A stretch of 64,000 bases of DNA, taken from the NCBI GenBank assembly GCA_039545335.1, contig BCIN01000006.1, forward strand, positions 186,001 to 250,000, read 5' to 3'. Origin of the DNA: Kondoa subrosea. Its lineage: Eukaryota. The first letter of the stretch is position 1. Each line of letters begins with the position of its first letter. Shown one piece after another: positions 59,037 to 64,000 of this stretch. The position numbers and the translations under genes were made by a program. The notes under the pieces were generated by a model, which saw nothing but the letters and a program-made list of their open reading frames with translations, was not told where the DNA came from and made no database searches.

Positions 59037-60897
59037 CTATTCCTGCTGCCAGCTGCTCAGCCAGCAAACAACTTGTCCGAGCACATTGACTTACATCAGA
59101 CTCCGATTCTTCCCAGGGAAATAATGACTCGTCGGTCCACTCTTCACTTGAGCCACTGTCACCTTCATGGGATGCGCACGTTACCTCACTCTCGACACCT
59201 GCGGTAGCCGGGTCAGCGTAATCATCTTCGTCGTCCTCGCTCGGCAGATCATGCCCATTAAGCACATGCTGGTTCAGACCTTCCACCTACGAGAATGCTT
59301 AAGACGAAGACTATAAAGACGCTGATAACTTACCGGCCAAGTGTAAGTATAGTCAAGCGTTGGACCAATTCCTGTTACTTTTACAATAGCTCCCTTCGCT
59401 TCCCACATCCCGATAAACATTGCCTTGAGATCCAATTTCAGTCCAACAAGAGCATCACCAGTCTTTGAAGCTTTGTACAGTTTATGCCACGTTTTCACAC
59501 TGTGCATGTTGCCTTTGCTCACTCCCAAATAAGTATAACCTCCCACCCACGGTTTAGAGTCGTCGAATCGGTATGAAGCTAATTCTTCAAGATCAGTCAG
59601 GTCGTCTGTCGAGTCTCTTTGCCATTGGCCGGCATAATGTAGATGTACTTGCTTCAATTGAGGCACGTTGTATTGGGGTGCATACGGGGTGGCCATTGTG
59701 CCCATAAGCCGAGTGATACCTTCGATGAGGTGCGATTCCAATCGAACATCGAGATGAGTCAGAGTTGCACCAAGGATTTCAATTGTTGTTGGAAAGGTTT
59801 CCGTGTCCCGGTTTCTACTGATATGAAGTGCTAAATGGGTGAGATTCGTCGTAACCCAATCGTTCTCTCTGATTCTTTCAGCGAGGGTCCCTCGCCAAAT
59901 TTGTATGACCATTCGCCTTCTTTGGGGGTTCCACTCGCCGTCGATGCTACCTATTCGCAGGTGAGTCAGCGACTCAAAAAAGCGTTTTCTGCAATAGGGA
60001 GCATCAGGTAGGTCAGCGTCGTCGTTATAGTCCATGCGTGTAAATTCTGGCCATACGATGCCGTCAGGAGAATCTTCGTATTCGTTCAGAGTAAGGGATT
60101 GATCCGTTATAAAGTGTACGTAAGATTGACGTCGTGAACCGTATTCACGATTGTTGTAGCCTTCCGTCACGGTTATCAGTGAAGAATGGTGTGGACTGCC
60201 CATTGATTGCTGCTTGCGATCAATGTTCTCGTAGGCTTTAGCTCCGTTGAAGTTGAAGACACAGATACTATAGTCTGCTATTTTGGCCAACTTGGTGTCC
60301 ACGCCTTCTCTTATAAGTTGCACATAATCTTCCTGTTTCTTTTTTAGCCGAGCAACTTCTTTCTGCCTATCCCCTTTCTTAGCCCAGCCTACACAATGTC
60401 AGTTGCTATGATTCGGGAAGCTAGTGGCGAAAGATTACCTGTGGTAGGCAGATCCAGCTTGACTTCAACACCAATATGTATGTAATCCAACTCAGATAGA
60501 TTGTCAAGGAAAGTCTAGACCCGAGCGAAAGTAGCTTCTAGATTCTGTACAGGCACTTGCAAATCCAAATACACGGTTTGAGCATGCGACAAGTTTGACT
60601 TATTGTCGCAAAGATGTTCCACTTTCGTTAGATGAAGATGCTTCCAGAGTAGGGGCGTGAAAGTATTGTACAAGAAGCGACTCGTTCTACCAGAATGGAA
60701 ACAAGATGAGAATCAAGTTTCTCCATTTGAGTCTGTGCACACCTTGTAAAGCTCGAGAACTGGACAAGATCATCTCTCCTTCGAGCAGAGGCTGGATTGA
60801 GTGGATTAGCCAGCAGCGCGCATTTCCAAGAGCCTTCGCCTTCCAATGCCATGAAAGCTATGTGCCTCTGTAATTCCAGAGGCAGAGTCGGCGCCAT
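59037..60897 (-). pseudogene. F-box-like protein gene with one in-frame TAG (60517-60515)
   Basis: F-box-like N-terminus PTLPLELQRHIA...RTSRFLYNTFTPLLWKHLHL, LRR-like LTHL repeats and an acidic tail. Splice phases are consistent on both sides of a single premature stop. Confidence 0.6.
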
Positions 60898-61132
60898 TGG
60901 TGCGAGGGCGGTCTAGCTGCACCAGAGATAGACCTTGAGTATTCGCAGAGTTTGCCAGACAATGACAGCTACACTTGGTCGTGTAGGGGCATCAGTAACA
61001 GCCCGTGTGAGATCACTTCTCGCTTACGTAATAAATTCGGCTTTGCCTGTCAAGCTAAGTGTTTGCACAGCTTCTGGCTCGCTCGCAGTATATTTGTATA
61101 CGGAGTACACAACCTTTTCGCTTTCGCTATTC

Positions 61133-62236
61133 TCATTGATCCTGCATCTCTGCATCTTCCTCATTCTCTTCTTGCTTAACTTCATACACTAGCTCTCTGA
61201 TATCCAGACAACCGACATGCCAACCTACCCAATCACCTTGTTGCCCTTTTACTCCAACATATCTTTTCGCTATAGCTGGTAGTTGCCGATACGAAAGAAT
61301 ACGTTTGCAAGACGGTTTAGCGCAAACAGCAGAAAAGAGATGAGAATAAGAAGCGAAGAGCGACTGGTTTTGAAAATCAAAAGAATGTCAGACAAACATG
61401 TAAATGTAGGAAGACATCCTGATGAGACGAACAAGTATTTCTTCTAAATTACTAGTTTGATGTAGAAGTGTATTCAATATATAATGTCGCGTTATTGCTG
61501 TGACTTGTTTGAAGACTTGAAAAGTGGACGATGAATGCCATGATATCTAGTTTCAAACTGTCTCAGCGAAAGTCTTTAATCCAATGGTAGCTTGAAAATA
61601 TACAGTCTCTTTCAGTCCGCCGCAAATGACATCTTCTACCAGACAGAAAGCATTCGCTTCTTCTCGATCAACCCACCTCAGCTTCACTTTCACTTGCATT
61701 ACATTTCCTACGCGGAAGGAAAGTTGAGTAGGCAGCGATTCACTTTTAATAGGATCAATATCTAGTTGTAATGTTTGTGATATAGAAGAGCAGAAGGTGA
61801 TAAAAGTATTGAGATCGGTAGGTGAAGGTAAAGAGTTCTTGGATGGTACGACTTGACGTTGTTTTCCATTAGAAGCCGCGCTGGGTTTACTAAGACAGAG
61901 CATCAGTCAGTCATTGAGCTTGCCATGCTATAGATATAAGGCTCACGCTCGCTTAGTGATATGTATGTTAGCTCTGTCTGCAGCGAAAGATTGCCTGCAA
62001 GTAGCCAAAGCGGGTGCAGAGGCTTCTAAGCCACTCCTAAGTTTAGCAATAGCTTCAAATGCCTGACTAATCTTCTCCCTTGCTGCTTTGTTGTGCTCCT
62101 CAGCTGCATTCGAATCTGAAGTTCCAGCATGACCCAATAAAACAGAATGTTGGATTGGAGGTAGTGCAGCTCTAGCAGTATCTACTGAAGATAGGGCCGA
62201 ATCCAACAGCGCTATTTGAGCCTTGAGCTGATCCAT
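61133..62236 (-). CDS. MED27: Mediator subunit Med27
   Basis: C-terminal signature SSTFQVFKQVT...FASYSHLFSAVCAKPSCKRIL...LPAIAKR...WHVGC (Cys/His zinc site). 3 introns. Confidence 0.8.
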
Positions 62237-62285
62237 TTGTCTTGTGATTTGTGGAAGTTGGCGAAGAACCGTCTGCACAGAGATA

Positions 62286-63204
62286 ATGGCTAGACCTAGA
62301 CCTATATTGGTGCGACCTAGAAGATCTCTCTGGACTTGGGCACTCTTTGCACCAGTCTTGCTCGCTTTGCTTTACGCTACATTTTCATTAGCAGACAGCA
62401 TAAAAGTGAATAACCTTTCCCCGCGTCGCGTTTCTATGTGCAGCGACTGATGAAACGCAATGTGTAGGAACGATGGTATATCTTTGATCACAAGCAAGTA
62501 CACGAATTAGCGCAAAGAGCTATTGACAACAATCCAAACAATACTCGAGCTGTGATCAATGAGATCGTCTCTTCCCTTGTCGAAACTCATGGTCCAGCTA
62601 TTAATACCAGAGAAGAATGGTTCTTCAATAATGCTGGAGGTGCAATGGGTGCAATGTATGTAATTCATGGTGAGTCTTTCTCTTCTTCGCCTTGTATATG
62701 AATGAGCTTTAAATGTTGGTACAAGCGAGCATAACGGAATACCTGATCATCTTTGGTACTCCATTGGGAACAGAAGGTCATTCAGGAAGACATTGGGCTG
62801 ATGATTATTTCACAATCTTGGAAGGAGAGCAATGGGCTTTCGAAGCAGGCGAATTAGGAATGAGAGTATGTCTTCGAGTCCCTTTGATGAGTTTGAGCTG
62901 AGATCTGATGGAATGACTTGAATTAGAGGTATCCAAAAGGTTCAGTAAATCATATGCCAAGAGGTGTCGTGAGGCAGTACAAAATGCATGAAGGCTGCTG
63001 GGCATTGGAACTAGCTCAAGGTCAGCTTCTCCATGACGTGCGAGAATATATACTTACTGTGAAGGTATAGGCTGGATTCCACAAATGATGCCTTTCGGTT
63101 TGCTGGACGGCTTGACTTCCACAGCGGATTTCCAAACATTATACGACACCATACGGATATCAGCTAGGGAAACTATTGCTAATCTGTTGAGGGGAAAGAT
63201 ATAA
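62286..63204 (+). CDS. ERG2: C-8 sterol isomerase (ERG2/sigma-1 family)
   Basis: [66 protein letters not shown], ending NLLRGKI. Confidence 0.97.
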
Positions 63205-63271
63205 ACTTGACGAAATGAAGAAATTAATATTGGTAGCCCTTACTCAACTCCAGGAAGCCTTTGTCTTCTCT

Positions 63272-64000
63272 TCATTTGAGCGAAATGTTGCGAGTGATAT
63301 GATTCCAAAGAGATTCAATAGCTTCTCTATCGATACCATATTTCCAGACGAGAATAATTTCGACTCCATTTTGGACCTTGATGCAATCAATTGAGCAACG
63401 CAAGAGGCGAGTTTTCGAAGGTGGTTCTACCAAGCCTTGAGTTTGACGCCTTCTAGCAGCTCTGGTCCATGTTATCCGATCGGCTTCGAGCAAGAAAGCG
63501 TTCTCTTGCACGGTAGTGATAGTCAGATGGCAGTCGCGTAAAGCTTTTTGAAGTAGTTCAGAGATCTTGTTTGAAGTAAGAGAGGTATTTAGAGAAGAAC
63601 GAAAAGTATTAGGTTTGGGCATAAATTTGCTCAATGACCCGAGCTCGCTTTGAGTGTAACTCTGTCCGAGATTGTCAGCGTAGATATGTATGAGCGAATA
63701 ATGATCTTACATCCAATAAGCGGTTCGAACGTCGAGACCACGCAACAACCCAGCGCTTTGTTTGTGCTTGCTGAAGTTCCGCAACAGCATAGTTGTCGAT
63801 CTGGATGCAAGGTCAGTCTGAAAATCAATTATATCGCAATACAGACCTTGTGACTCTTTAGACAGGTGACAATAGTAGCCAAGCTGGAGTATTTGCCTAA
63901 TAAAGTCGTAAACCAGCTACACGAGGTCAAATTGCTTCACAAGAGAGTGGAAAGACCTACCGAATGTTCTCGATATACAACGACTCGTTAATCATACGAG
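63272..64000 (-). CDS. METTL16: METTL16/RlmF-family RNA m6A methyltransferase, 3' part (truncated by window edge)
   Basis: RMINES...WFTTLLGKYSSL...IDNYAVAELQQAQTKRWVVAWS, TWTRAARR, W..G.DREAIESLW. Confidence 0.82.

Overview
This is eukaryotic, fungal DNA: gene-dense, with many ~45-60 nt GT-AG introns and CTRAC-type branch points. It is most consistent with a basidiomycete yeast (inference; Pucciniomycotina-like). Manual splicing of the ORF fragments gives about 23 protein genes. The conserved set is kinesin-8, SF3B6/p14, a DGAT2-family acyltransferase, CHMP7/Cmp7, NPR2, the TFIIIC B-block-binding subunit, SNX3, a JmjC protein, an ARMT1/DUF89 phosphatase, ATR/Mec1, CASC3/Btz, a rhodanese + dual-specificity MAPK phosphatase, Cdc24, MED27, ERG2 and a partial METTL16. 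The less-characterised set is a cupin, a tandem double Pat/YncA-type GNAT, two tandem GT62 (Anp1/Mnn9) glycosyltransferases, an S/T-rich membrane sensor-like protein, an orphan coiled-coil membrane protein, an NXPE/PC-esterase-like SGNH protein and an F-box-like gene. I could not support any tRNA, rRNA, transposon or CRISPR array. The most notable oddities are: the double GNAT with a 1-nt frame break, a single in-frame TAG in the F-box-like gene, a 321-nt TFIIIC intron with H/ACA-snoRNA-like layout, a multiply spliced non-coding region behind the coiled-coil gene, an internal ubiquitin-type LHLRGG motif in a membrane protein tail, only 49 bp between the divergent MED27 and ERG2 start codons, and frequent AAG 3' splice sites. 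I found no clearly novel multi-gene system. All family calls are from motif recognition by eye, not database searches, and exon boundaries are manual predictions.
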